From Cyanobacteriota bacterium (GTDB taxonomy: Bacteria; Cyanobacteriota; Vampirovibrionia; Vampirovibrionales; Vampirovibrionaceae), in contig JAIEMW010000004.1 in NCBI GenBank assembly GCA_019751815.1, forward strand, positions 41,933 to 105,932: a DNA stretch of 64,000 nt. The letters run 5' to 3'. Below are positions 17,679-26,828 of the stretch, one piece after another; the stretch's first letter is position 1, and each line of letters starts with the position of its first letter. The notes beneath the pieces were generated by a model, which had not been told where the DNA came from, made no database searches, and was given only the letters and a program-made list of their open reading frames with translations. A program made the position numbers and the translations under genes.

Positions 17679-19037
17679 ATGGAGTGTGTGGCCAGTATGT
17701 CTAAGCATAACGGGATAACTGCAATTGCAGTCGCGAGTTCTACAGAAGTGAGAACAGCACTTTATGAACAATTATCCAGTCTGGAAATGATCCAGTTGGG
17801 CGGTGTTTATCTAGAGCTCTCAGAGTGTGTCCGGATCTTGCGAGAACGGCATATTGAGTCTCAGCCCGATGTATTGATTATTGATTTTACCGGGCGGGAA
17901 TTAGATGCTTGTTTGATGGTTCAGGCACTAATGCTGGAGTATCCGCATCAGTTGACAGTGATTGCCTTACACCGTCAAGTAGAACAAGAAATGATCCTGA
18001 CGATGATACGCAGTGGTGTGAAAGATGTGATTCATTACCCCTTGGAGAAGGATAAACTAGAGCATGCATTATTGCGTCACAAAGAATGGTTAGAACGCTA
18101 CCATCAGCATCAAGCGGAACAACTCAAAAAACAAAGTCAATTGATTGAGCAAAACAATCAAGATACACAGAACCGGATTATTACTGTTTTCTCGAGCAAA
18201 GGAGGTGCAGGATCTACAACCATAGCGGTCAATTTGGCGTACGAGTTATCCCAACTGGAAAAACAATCGGTTCTGTTACTCGATATGGATCAGGTTTTTT
18301 GCAATGCGGCCTCTTTAATGAATGCAAAACCAGCTTACTCTCTGGGAGAACTTGCCGGTACCCCGCTAGAAGATTTAGATGACAGTCTGTTTGAACGCAT
18401 TATCTACGAGCAGGATTCTGGTGTAGATCTGATTGCCGGCTGTAAACACGTGTTGGAATCCCACGATTTAATTTCTCTAGAGCTTTTAGAAAAATTATTA
18501 CGCTATCTACAATCACGTTATCAAACGATTGTGATTGATTTACCCACCCATGTATTGGATCCCTATCATCAATTTTTAGTGGATGCGGCTACAGAGGTAT
18601 TATTGGTCTCCAGTTTGGATATTCCTGGACTTTACCGGACAAAGCAATATCTCGATCTTGCGCGTCAACATGTTCCCGTTGAAAAGATTAAACTCGTGCT
18701 GAACCGCTGGGAGCTTAAAGCGGCCTACGGCATGAGCAACCAAGCTCTCGAACAAGAATTTGGTTATCCGGTTTTTGCGAGAGTATCGAATGACTGGGAT
18801 CTCAATGTTGAGGCCAACAGTATGGGTTCATTTTTTTCAAAGCTCAAGCCTCAGTCGCCTCTCACAAAATCCATACGGCAATTGGCAAGCCAACTTCAAC
18901 AAGCCACGAATACCCCAGAGCCTGAAAGAGTGGGTTCAACACATAAGGGCTTTCTTACACTGCTGTTTGGGGGTAAACTAAAGAATAAAGAACAAAATCT
19001 GAAGGATGCTCCGTCTAATGTCATTCAGCAAGCATAA
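17679..19037 (+). CDS. cpaE: CpaE/TadZ pilus-localisation ATPase (receiver-like N-domain plus ParA/MinD ATPase)
   Basis: Deviant Walker A ITVFSSKGGAGSTTIAVNLA. N-terminal CheY-like pseudo-receiver domain. Confidence 0.75.
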   Translation: MECVASMSKHNGITAIAVASSTEVRTALYEQLSSLEMIQLGGVYLELSECVRILRERHIESQPDVLIIDFTGRELDACLMVQALMLEYPHQLTVIALHRQVEQEMILTMIRSGVKDVIHYPLEKDKLEHALLRHKEWLERYHQHQAEQLKKQSQLIEQNNQDTQNRIITVFSSKGGAGSTTIAVNLAYELSQLEKQSVLLLDMDQVFCNAASLMNAKPAYSLGELAGTPLEDLDDSLFERIIYEQDSGVDLIAGCKHVLESHDLISLELLEKLLRYLQSRYQTIVIDLPTHVLDPYHQFLVDAATEVLLVSSLDIPGLYRTKQYLDLARQHVPVEKIKLVLNRWELKAAYGMSNQALEQEFGYPVFARVSNDWDLNVEANSMGSFFSKLKPQSPLTKSIRQLASQLQQATNTPEPERVGSTHKGFLTLLFGGKLKNKEQNLKDAPSNVIQQA

Positions 19038-20430
19038 TTGGGGCAGCTGGTCTAAAACCCCGGGGGCAAGCCCAACCACTGAAGGTAATCATACTGGTAT
19101 TGAGCAAACCGCCAAGCCAGATACTTCGGCAGTTCGGGGCGATGAGTCCAAGTCATCGAGAGCGGGACAAGATAAGAACGAGACCGATATCAAGACAAAA
19201 ATTCACCGCAGGCTTATCGAAGAAGTTGATTTAAGCAAGCTCAGTGACTCTGACGATCAACAGCTACGGCTACAAGTCAAAGACGCGATTAATCACCTCT
19301 TGCTTGAGGAAAGTGCCCTGCTGACGACAGTGGAGCGGGAACGCCTGATAGAAGAAATCCTCAATGAAACCATGGGATTGGGGCCCTTAGAGCCCCTTCT
19401 CAGAGACAGAAGCATCAACGAGATTATGATCAACGGGCCCAATCTGGTCTTTATCGAACGGGGCGGTAAACTCGTTGAGAGCAACACACGATTTAAAGAC
19501 AATGCCCATTTAATGCAGATCATTGACCGTATTGTCTCTGCCGTGGGCCGACGCGTGGACGAAACACAACCACTGTGCGACGCCCGTCTGAAAGACGGGT
19601 CTCGCTTTAATTGCGTGATTCCACCTCTGGCACTCGACGGTCCCCTTGTCACCATCCGAAAGTTCTCCAAAGATCCCTATAAAATCGCAGATTTAATTCG
19701 CTTTGGCAGCTTGAATGAAGCCGCTGCTGATTTGCTCAGAGGCTTTGTTGAAGCGCGGTTAAATATTGTCATTTCTGGGGGTACGGGCTCCGGTAAAACC
19801 ACACTGCTCAATGTATTATCCAGTTTTATTCCCCACGATGAGCGCATTGTCACCATTGAAGATACCGCAGAATTACAACTCCAACAGCGACATGTTGCTC
19901 GAATGGAGACCCGTCCAGCTAACATAGAGGGCAAAGGTGAAATTACACAGCGCGATTTGGTAAAAAACTCCTTGCGAATGAGGCCTGAGCGAATTGTGCT
20001 AGGGGAGTGTCGTGGAGGTGAGGCCCTGGACATGCTGCAAGCGATGAACACGGGCCATGATGGCTCTCTCACCACACTCCATGCCAATACTCCAAGAGAC
20101 GCGCTACGCAGAATGGAGACCATGGTGATGATGGCAGGCTATGATTTGCCTATCCGGGCGATTAGAGAGCAAATCGCCTCAGCAGTGAATGTGATTATCC
20201 AAGCCACTCGACTCTCCGATGGGAGCCGGCGGGTGATGAACGTGACCGAAGTGGTGGGCATGGAAGGCGATATTATCTTGCTTCAAGATGTCTTTATCTT
20301 CCAGCAAATGGGTTTGGATGAAAACGGTAAAGTGATCGGTGAATTTAAACACACTGGCGTCAGACCTAAGTTTATGGATGCTCTCATAGCAGCAGGTGTT
20401 CATCTGGGTGAAGGTACCTTTAATAGCTGA
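19018..20430 (+). CDS. cpaF: CpaF/TadA secretion ATPase
   Basis: Walker [16 protein letters not shown] plus the T2SS-E family His/Asp boxes. The ORF track starts at 19006. The ATG at 19018 has GAAGGA at an 8-nt spacer. Confidence 0.85.
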   Translation: MSFSKHNWGSWSKTPGASPTTEGNHTGIEQTAKPDTSAVRGDESKSSRAGQDKNETDIKTKIHRRLIEEVDLSKLSDSDDQQLRLQVKDAINHLLLEESALLTTVERERLIEEILNETMGLGPLEPLLRDRSINEIMINGPNLVFIERGGKLVESNTRFKDNAHLMQIIDRIVSAVGRRVDETQPLCDARLKDGSRFNCVIPPLALDGPLVTIRKFSKDPYKIADLIRFGSLNEAAADLLRGFVEARLNIVISGGTGSGKTTLLNVLSSFIPHDERIVTIEDTAELQLQQRHVARMETRPANIEGKGEITQRDLVKNSLRMRPERIVLGECRGGEALDMLQAMNTGHDGSLTTLHANTPRDALRRMETMVMMAGYDLPIRAIREQIASAVNVIIQATRLSDGSRRVMNVTEVVGMEGDIILLQDVFIFQQMGLDENGKVIGEFKHTGVRPKFMDALIAAGVHLGEGTFNS

Positions 20431-20492
20431 AGGCCCGTTTCTTCGTTAATCTTGCGTAAAGTTGGGTTTGCTTTATACACGGACTGGGCATA

Positions 20493-20506
20493 ATACCTAT
20501 AGGTAT
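20493..20506. promoter_or_regulatory. perfect 14-bp palindrome ATACCTATAGGTAT in the cpaF-tadB intergenic region
   Basis: Seen directly in the sequence. It lies within a 155-bp AT-rich spacer upstream of tadB. A candidate dimeric-regulator operator. Confidence 0.3.
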
Positions 20507-20586
20507 ATATGTTATGTGTGTGTTGTTCTTTTTCCAATCTGTTCTAAGTTATTTCTAGGGCTTTTCGGTTCTTTACGAGTGAGTGT

Positions 20587-21573
20587 GTGACCGTGTTAAA
20601 TTTAGACTTTATCCTTATTTTAGGCATTGCACTACCCGTCTTCTTATTTTTGATGGGTCTGTATAAAACCATGTTTGAAAAACATGTAGACGCCCGAGAA
20701 AAAGTAAAACAGCTCATTGCCAAACAGCCACAGCGATCTGTCTATACACAGTCTTCTGTTTTAATGGCAAACAGCAACTTACCCCAAGCCTCTATCTTAA
20801 GGAAAAAAAATCAAAACAAACATAACTTTCTCACCACACTCGATCAAGATTTAGAGCGGGGGAACTTGCTCATTCGGGGCTACGAATATGTGTTTATTTG
20901 TCTAGGTTTAGGCGGTCTATTATTCATTTTGAGCATGTTATTGTTCGGTCAATCATTCCTGGTGGCACTATTAATAGGGGCTGGTGGGGGCTTTTCTCCC
21001 ATGGGATTTTTAAAAGTGAAAATCTGGCTTCGCATGAAAAAAGCTGGGGAACAATTTGCGGATGTCTTAGACGCTCTAGGAAATTGTTTTAAAACAGGGT
21101 TTGGTTTTAACCGGGGCATACAAACCATTGCCGAAAACTTTGAAGACCCATGGGGGACTGAATTTAACAAGATGGCCGTGGAAACCAATTTGGGCGCCAC
21201 CCAAGATCAAGTACTGAATAATCTCGCACGCCGAATTCCATCCACTGATGTGGATTTATTCGTGACGGCGGTGAGTATCCAGAAGGAAACGGGCGGCAAT
21301 ATGGCAGAGATTCTTTCAACCCTCAGCAAAACCGTGCGGGAGCGCTATAAGCTGTACCGTAAAGTATCGGCCATCTCTGCCCAGGGAAAATTATCAGCGG
21401 GTATAGTCATATGCGTCCCGTTTTTTTTGATGCTGATTATGTATGCTTTTTTACCCAAAGCAATGATGGATTTTATCACCAACCCTGTCGGGATTGTGCT
21501 CATGATTATTGCTGGTTTTTGGATGATCTGTGGGATTTGTGTGTTGTTTAAAATCGTCCAGGTCGAAGTGTAA
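20587..21573 (+). CDS. tadB: TadB (type II secretion system F-family platform protein)
   Basis: T2SS-F domain (TAVSIQKETGGNMAEILSTL) flanked by TM helices. GTG start. Confidence 0.75.
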   Translation: MTVLNLDFILILGIALPVFLFLMGLYKTMFEKHVDAREKVKQLIAKQPQRSVYTQSSVLMANSNLPQASILRKKNQNKHNFLTTLDQDLERGNLLIRGYEYVFICLGLGGLLFILSMLLFGQSFLVALLIGAGGGFSPMGFLKVKIWLRMKKAGEQFADVLDALGNCFKTGFGFNRGIQTIAENFEDPWGTEFNKMAVETNLGATQDQVLNNLARRIPSTDVDLFVTAVSIQKETGGNMAEILSTLSKTVRERYKLYRKVSAISAQGKLSAGIVICVPFFLMLIMYAFLPKAMMDFITNPVGIVLMIIAGFWMICGICVLFKIVQVEV

Positions 21574-21597
21574 TATAAAGTCGAAGTGTAATATAAA
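21562..21597. repeat. perfect 18-bp tandem duplication (GTCGAAGTGTAATATAAA x2) spanning the tadB stop codon
   Basis: Seen directly. Copy 1 is 21562-21579 and contains the tadB TAA. Copy 2 is 21580-21597. Confidence 0.6.
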
Positions 21598-21612
21598 TAG
21601 GACTGAAACACG

Positions 21613-22590
21613 GTGGAAATTGCGTTACTCTTACTCTGTATGATAGGCACTGTCTTGATGGGGGTGCTGGGGATTAAAAGTACCCAGCAAGAAGCCAGTA
21701 CAGTTCAACTCCGAATTAGTGCGATGACACAAACCAATTATCCTGGCTATGACCCCAGTAAACAGCTACTTCGAGATCAGGCCTTAAAACAGTCGTTTAA
21801 TGAGCGGGTACTCTTTCCCTTTGCGCAGTCCATTTTTGATAAAACCCAGCAATTTATTCCACTCACAAGCCAGTCTTGGGTCAAGAAAAAACTCATTCAG
21901 GCAGGGTATCATAAGCCACACTACCCCAAGATTTTTTTGGGAATTCAATTAATTTGTACGCTCACAATTTTTGGCACCTTATTTGCAATTACCAGTCTAT
22001 TCGGGCAATTTGGCGGTATGATCAGCATTTTAGTCTCCGGTTTTTTTGGGATGAGTGGCTATATAATGCCCATGCTGTGGTTGTTCCAACAAGCGCAAAA
22101 GCGACAAGAAAGTATTCAGAAAAGCTTACCTGATTTTTTAGATCTGCTGATTATTTGTGTCGAAGCCGGTCTGGGCTTAGATACTGCCATTCATAAAATT
22201 GTGCAGATTAATAACGAACGCACCTCATCCTTTCTGCGCGATGAGCTCATTCGTTATAACAATGATTTGGCTCTGGGCAAACCACGACGTGACGCGATGG
22301 TCGATATGGCCATCAGAACCGGTGTGGAAGATTTACAGATGATTATGAATGCCTTGGTTCAAGCATTTGAAATGGGTTCCAGCGTTGCTTTTACCCTGCG
22401 TGTTCAAGCCGACACGTTGCGAAACAAGCGCTTGCAAAAGGCCGAAGAAAAGGCCAACAAGGTGGCCGTCAAAATGGTTTTACCCATTTATATTTTTCTA
22501 TTTCCGGCCATTTTTGTCACCATTTTTGGGCCAATTGGCCTGATTATGATTAACACCATCATGGAGATTTTCTCCAAAGTGAGTCTTTAA
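21613..22590 (+). CDS. tadC: TadC (type II secretion system F-family platform protein)
   Basis: T2SS-F domain (LPDFLDLLIICVEAGLGLDTAI) plus TM helices. GTG start. Confidence 0.75.
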   Translation: MEIALLLLCMIGTVLMGVLGIKSTQQEASTVQLRISAMTQTNYPGYDPSKQLLRDQALKQSFNERVLFPFAQSIFDKTQQFIPLTSQSWVKKKLIQAGYHKPHYPKIFLGIQLICTLTIFGTLFAITSLFGQFGGMISILVSGFFGMSGYIMPMLWLFQQAQKRQESIQKSLPDFLDLLIICVEAGLGLDTAIHKIVQINNERTSSFLRDELIRYNNDLALGKPRRDAMVDMAIRTGVEDLQMIMNALVQAFEMGSSVAFTLRVQADTLRNKRLQKAEEKANKVAVKMVLPIYIFLFPAIFVTIFGPIGLIMINTIMEIFSKVSL

Positions 22591-22817
22591 TTCATTTTCA
22601 TCAAAAATAAAAGACTCTCTCGCTATGCAAGTCGCTGCTTTACAGATAGCCATGCTTTGCGTATGATAAGCGCCTATTTATGGATTGTGTTCAGGTATAT
22701 TTCGTCACTTTCAGAAACTAATTTGCGTTTGCCGTCTGTTTGTCGGCGTTGTTTCTGAGCTGATGTGTATTTCTGACACGTATGGATTGTTTGTTCGAGA
22801 GAAAAGGAGATTCCACT

Positions 22818-24296
22818 ATGGCAACAGCCGTTGCAACAAAAACCTACAAAAACCTGATTGATGGGGAGTGGTTTGAAAAAAACGAACAGTTTGATGTGGA
22901 AAACCCTGCCACCCGTGAGATTGTCGGGCGTGTTCCTCGCTGCGACAGAAAAGACGTGGACAGAGCCGTCAAAGCAGCACGTGTTGCCTTTGAATCTGGG
23001 AAATGGCCCAAAATGTCTGCTGGAGATCGCGGTCGACTCCTCTACAAAATCGGGCAATTGATCCGCGAGAACGCTGAAGAGTTTGCCCGTTTAGAATCCA
23101 TTACCAACGGCAAACCCATTCGCGAAACCCGTTTAGCCGATGTGGCATTAGCAGCTGACTGCTTTGAATACTATGCCGGCTACACCAACAAGATCCACGG
23201 GGAAACAGTACCAACCCCTGGCAATAGCTTTAACTACACCCTCAGAGAGCCCGTCGGTGTGGTTGCCCAAATTATTCCCTGGAACTTTCCACTCTTGATG
23301 GCAGCCTGGAAGATTGCCCCCGCCTTATGCGCCGGCAATACCGTCATTTTAAAACCAGCCTCTATCACCCCACTCACCGCCCTAAAACTGGCTGAAGTGA
23401 TTACTGAAGCCGGCGTTCCTCGCGGTGTTGTTAACGTGATTACTGGACCTGGGGCTGAAATTGGTGAGTACCTCGCCAGCCATCCAGAAGTCGACAAGGT
23501 GGCCTTCACCGGTGAAACCGTCACCGGCCGTCTGATTATGCAAATGGCTTCTGGCACAATGAAAAAAGTCTCTCTCGAGCTGGGCGGCAAATCACCCAAC
23601 ATCGTCTTTGCCGATGCTGACCTCAATAAAGCCGTCGACGGAGCTCTGTTTGGTATCTTCTTCAACCAAGGCCAAGTTTGCTGCGCCGGTAGCCGACTCT
23701 TCGTGGAAGAAGGTATCTACGACGAGTTTGTGAAACGCTTTGTTGAAAAGGCTCGTAAAATCCGCGTCGGTGACCCACTGGACGAAAACACCCAGATGGG
23801 GGCCCTTGCCAGTGAGTCTCAGCTGAGAAAAGTTTCTGAGTTTGTGGAAATTGGCCAACGCGAAGGCGCCACACTGGCTTATGGTGGTAACCCCATCACC
23901 AATCTGCCTGGCTACTTCTTTGAACCCACCATCTTTACCAATGTCACCAACACCATGCGTATTGCTCAAGAAGAAATTTTTGGCCCCGTGGTCTGCGTGA
24001 TCAAGTTCAAAGATGAGAAAGACGCCATCTTCCAAGCCAATGACACCATCTACGGTTTGGCCAGTGCCGTCTGGACCCAAGACCTCACCAAAGCCCACCG
24101 CGTGGCTCGTGCGATCAAAGCCGGCACCGTTTGGGTGAACACCTACAACCAACTGCCCAACGAAGCTGCCTTTGGTGGGTACAAGCAGTCCGGGGTTGGT
24201 CGCGAACTGGGCGTCCACGCTTTGGAACTGTATACCCAGGTTAAAAGCGTTTTTGTTGATCTCAACGAAAAACCCATGGGCTGGTATGATAACTAG
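22818..24296 (+). CDS. NAD(P)-dependent aldehyde dehydrogenase
   Basis: ALDH signatures LELGGKSP and FFNQGQVCCAGSR (catalytic Cys), plus the Glu motif. The ATG at 22818 has an AAAGGAG RBS. The ORF track begins at 22782. Confidence 0.9.
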   Translation: MATAVATKTYKNLIDGEWFEKNEQFDVENPATREIVGRVPRCDRKDVDRAVKAARVAFESGKWPKMSAGDRGRLLYKIGQLIRENAEEFARLESITNGKPIRETRLADVALAADCFEYYAGYTNKIHGETVPTPGNSFNYTLREPVGVVAQIIPWNFPLLMAAWKIAPALCAGNTVILKPASITPLTALKLAEVITEAGVPRGVVNVITGPGAEIGEYLASHPEVDKVAFTGETVTGRLIMQMASGTMKKVSLELGGKSPNIVFADADLNKAVDGALFGIFFNQGQVCCAGSRLFVEEGIYDEFVKRFVEKARKIRVGDPLDENTQMGALASESQLRKVSEFVEIGQREGATLAYGGNPITNLPGYFFEPTIFTNVTNTMRIAQEEIFGPVVCVIKFKDEKDAIFQANDTIYGLASAVWTQDLTKAHRVARAIKAGTVWVNTYNQLPNEAAFGGYKQSGVGRELGVHALELYTQVKSVFVDLNEKPMGWYDN

Positions 24297-24372
24297 TCCT
24301 TAAAAACTAGCTTAAAAAACGAGATGGAATGCCCGGTGAGGTTCATCGGGCGTTCCGTTTTAACACTTACTC

Positions 24373-24813
24373 ATGAGTATCCCTCAAGACAGGACTGGCA
24401 TGACAGAACTCGTATCCCCCTCTCCCTCACAATCCAATTCGTTGCAGACCATCGTGCTGGAAGAGCCCGCACGGACCGTGTTGGCAGAAATCCTGGAAAA
24501 ATTGGCGGTAGACCGGGCCGGAAGACCCAGTGCTATTTTAATTGGTGGAGGGTGTTGCGACGGGCTCCAAGCACAATTGGTCGATCGTGGATTGATTAAC
24601 CGCTTTAATGACAAGCATATTGGCTGTATTGCTATTGCAAGCAGTCTCACATTAGACGTCTTTGCGGCGACCAGTGCTGCGTATCTTGATAATGCAATGC
24701 TCACGCTGGCGTTACTCCCTCTACCAGCGGATCACAGCAGTGATAGCGTCTCACTCGAAACCCGTTACGGCTTTCAATTACAGATGCAGCAAAGCGCCTG
24801 CCTGAAATCTTAA
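24373..24813 (+). CDS. DUF779-like protein (aldehyde-dehydrogenase-associated)
   Basis: 146 aa with a GGGCCDG motif and C-terminal SVSLE. It sits immediately downstream of the ALDH, which is typical DUF779 placement. The family is recalled from memory. Confidence 0.5.
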   Translation: MSIPQDRTGMTELVSPSPSQSNSLQTIVLEEPARTVLAEILEKLAVDRAGRPSAILIGGGCCDGLQAQLVDRGLINRFNDKHIGCIAIASSLTLDVFAATSAAYLDNAMLTLALLPLPADHSSDSVSLETRYGFQLQMQQSACLKS

Positions 24814-25171
24814 AGCTTTCTAAAAAACAAACGTTTTTTTAAAAACTGGGTTTATAGTGAATGTATCAAGAGAGAGGCGTAATCAGAGAGACGATCATTA
24901 AGAGTCGGTATTGATTTCTCACTCTTGATAGCCAAACACAATGTTTTACTTCTCTTTTTTTAGTTGCTTGCTCTTCTTCTATTCCGGGAAATCATAGGCT
25001 GGGGTTCATTTCAATCAAAAATCGGTGAAGTCGTTTCTAAAAGCTCGGGTGTTGTTTTGAACGCGCTGGCCAATCTTAAGAATCTCTCAATAATGTCAGC
25101 ATCAATTTTTTCTCCCCGATGGGTTTTATACTAATAGAGGTAGTATTCGAGTTTTTATTAAGGAGTCTCAT

Positions 25172-25588
25172 TTGCAAGGCATCGGCTACAAACCGCAACA
25201 GTTTCAGTCCAGTAGCAATCCGTTTGCTGGTTCTGGTGCTTCTGGCAGCCTGCAGCAGGCCCGCTTTGGCCAAAGCCAACGTCCTTCTGGCACCAGTCTT
25301 GCAGAAAAAGGCGCAGGGGCTCAAGTCCCTCAAGTCAACCTCCTTCGCGGAGCAGACGCCACGATGCCCCAGGGCAATTTGCTTCAGCCAGCTCAAAGCG
25401 TGAAACCTCGGCCTGCTTCTCAGATTCAAGGGGCCACCAGTATTAATCAAGCCGCCTTCGGTGGCATTGGCCCAAGCCAATCGGCTGGCGCTCAGCAAGC
25501 CCAAGCCAATCCAGCAAATGTCCAAGGCAATCTGCTACAACCTAGTGCAGGCATTGGGCAAGGTAACAGACTGTTTACTTTGGCCTAA
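25172..25588 (+). CDS. Gln/Gly/Ala-rich low-complexity repeat protein
   Basis: TTG start with AAGGAG at an 8-nt spacer. Internal repeats PQGNLLQPAQ and VQGNLLQPSAG. A strong terminator follows immediately. Confidence 0.45.
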   Translation: MQGIGYKPQQFQSSSNPFAGSGASGSLQQARFGQSQRPSGTSLAEKGAGAQVPQVNLLRGADATMPQGNLLQPAQSVKPRPASQIQGATSINQAAFGGIGPSQSAGAQQAQANPANVQGNLLQPSAGIGQGNRLFTLA

Positions 25589-25606
25589 CGACAATTTTTT
25601 AAATCT

Positions 25607-25636
25607 CAAAACCCCTGTCAGACGGCAGGGGTTTTG
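25607..25636 (+). terminator. rho-independent terminator
   Basis: 9-bp GC-rich stem ACCCCTGTC / GGCAGGGGT with loop AGAC, followed by TTTTG. A-run on the 5' side. Confidence 0.65.
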
Positions 25637-25702
25637 CTTATGGCGTGATTCTCTTTGTGCTACCGTGTGCTCAAGAGAATATCAATACTATAGAAACCCT
25701 TT

Positions 25703-26821
25703 GTGATGACTACCAAGCAAACAGTTCCAGAACAGGCAACACCAGAACAGGCTCTCATTCAGACCATACAGGCCCGGCTTGGGGAAATTTCAATGGGGCA
25801 AGATTTGGGCGGGCACTTTCTGGGAGATGATGCCGCATGGAACCCAGAAACCCGGACTGTTACGACCACGGATCTATTGGTTGAAGGACAGCATTTTGAC
25901 ACGGGCTATTTTAGCCTGAGTGATATTGGCTGGAAGGCTATGGCAGTGAATTATAGCGATATTGCTGCGATGGGTGCCTATCCAGACTCTGCCCTGGTGA
26001 GTCTGGGCCTGCCAAAAACCAGTACGAACCAAGATATTAACGCCCTGTATGACGGCATTATCGATGCCTTAAAGCATTTTGGCGGTCAAGTGATTGGGGG
26101 AGACACCGTCGGCGCCCCCTGCTGGATTGTGAACGTTTGCATGTCAGGAAAGCTCAGGCCTCAAGATGCCCCTGGATTTCGCAGCGGCGCACAGGCCGGG
26201 GATATTATCATGTCAACCGGCTTTCATGGACTAAGCGCCTTGGGCCTGTGGGCCTATCAAACCCTGGGGAAAACAGCGGCAGAGTCCCGGTTTCCCGTTG
26301 CCACAGCCCATCACCGAAGACCCACCCCACAACTGAAAGCTGGTCAGCTACTGAGCCAGCTGGCTGGAGAAAAGATATTACCCCACTACAGCCTGATGGA
26401 CAGCAGTGATGGATTGGCAGATGCGGTGCTCCAGCTCTGCAGCAAAAGCAGTCACAGCGAGTCAGGCAAATTCTTAGCGGGTACTATCGAAGAAGCTCGT
26501 ATCCCTGTCCATCCCGAATTAACTGCGGCCAAAGACGCCTTTCCTGAGCTTTCTCTTCTCGATCTCGTACTCTACGGTGGAGAAGATTTTGAGCTGGTCG
26601 CCACAGTCCCTAAAACGCTTTCTGAGAATGCGAAGCACACGAAAGAGCTTGCCCAACTACTTGCCCAACTATGGAAGTACTTTCAGCCTATTGGATATAT
26701 CTCGCCTGAAGAAAGCACGTTACTAGAAAGCACATTACTTCACTCTTCTGGAGACAGAAGCCGTCTGGATTCAGGGTATATATTCAACCATTTTTCCGGC
26801 GAAGCTGGGCTACGCTCCTGA
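25703..26821 (+). CDS. thiL: thiamine-monophosphate kinase
   Basis: AIR-synthase-related fold with GDDAAW and the GGDTV motif. ThiL-length protein. Confidence 0.8.
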   Translation: MMTTKQTVPEQATPEQALIQTIQARLGEISMGQDLGGHFLGDDAAWNPETRTVTTTDLLVEGQHFDTGYFSLSDIGWKAMAVNYSDIAAMGAYPDSALVSLGLPKTSTNQDINALYDGIIDALKHFGGQVIGGDTVGAPCWIVNVCMSGKLRPQDAPGFRSGAQAGDIIMSTGFHGLSALGLWAYQTLGKTAAESRFPVATAHHRRPTPQLKAGQLLSQLAGEKILPHYSLMDSSDGLADAVLQLCSKSSHSESGKFLAGTIEEARIPVHPELTAAKDAFPELSLLDLVLYGGEDFELVATVPKTLSENAKHTKELAQLLAQLWKYFQPIGYISPEESTLLESTLLHSSGDRSRLDSGYIFNHFSGEAGLRS

Positions 26822-26828
26822 TAAAATA

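Noticed and set aside
23592-24218. 208-aa antisense ORF inside the aldehyde dehydrogenase gene
   Set aside because: The ALDH frame carries all catalytic signatures. The antisense ORF is an artefact of the GC-biased third position.
24324-24599. 91-aa Arg-rich ORF in an alternate frame of the DUF779-like gene (possible frameshift?)
   Set aside because: Its sequence is Arg/Gly-rich nonsense typical of an out-of-frame read. The 24373 frame is continuous with conserved motifs, so there is no evidence of a pseudogene.
25076-25525. 149-aa minus-strand ORF overlapping the Q/G-rich repeat gene
   Set aside because: The plus-strand frame has a strong RBS followed by a terminator. The minus-strand ORF has no translation signals.
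25589-25702. Possible TPP riboswitch upstream of thiL
   Set aside because: Neither the conserved CUGAGA box nor the pyrimidine-sensing helix is present. The structured element there is a canonical terminator hairpin for the upstream gene.
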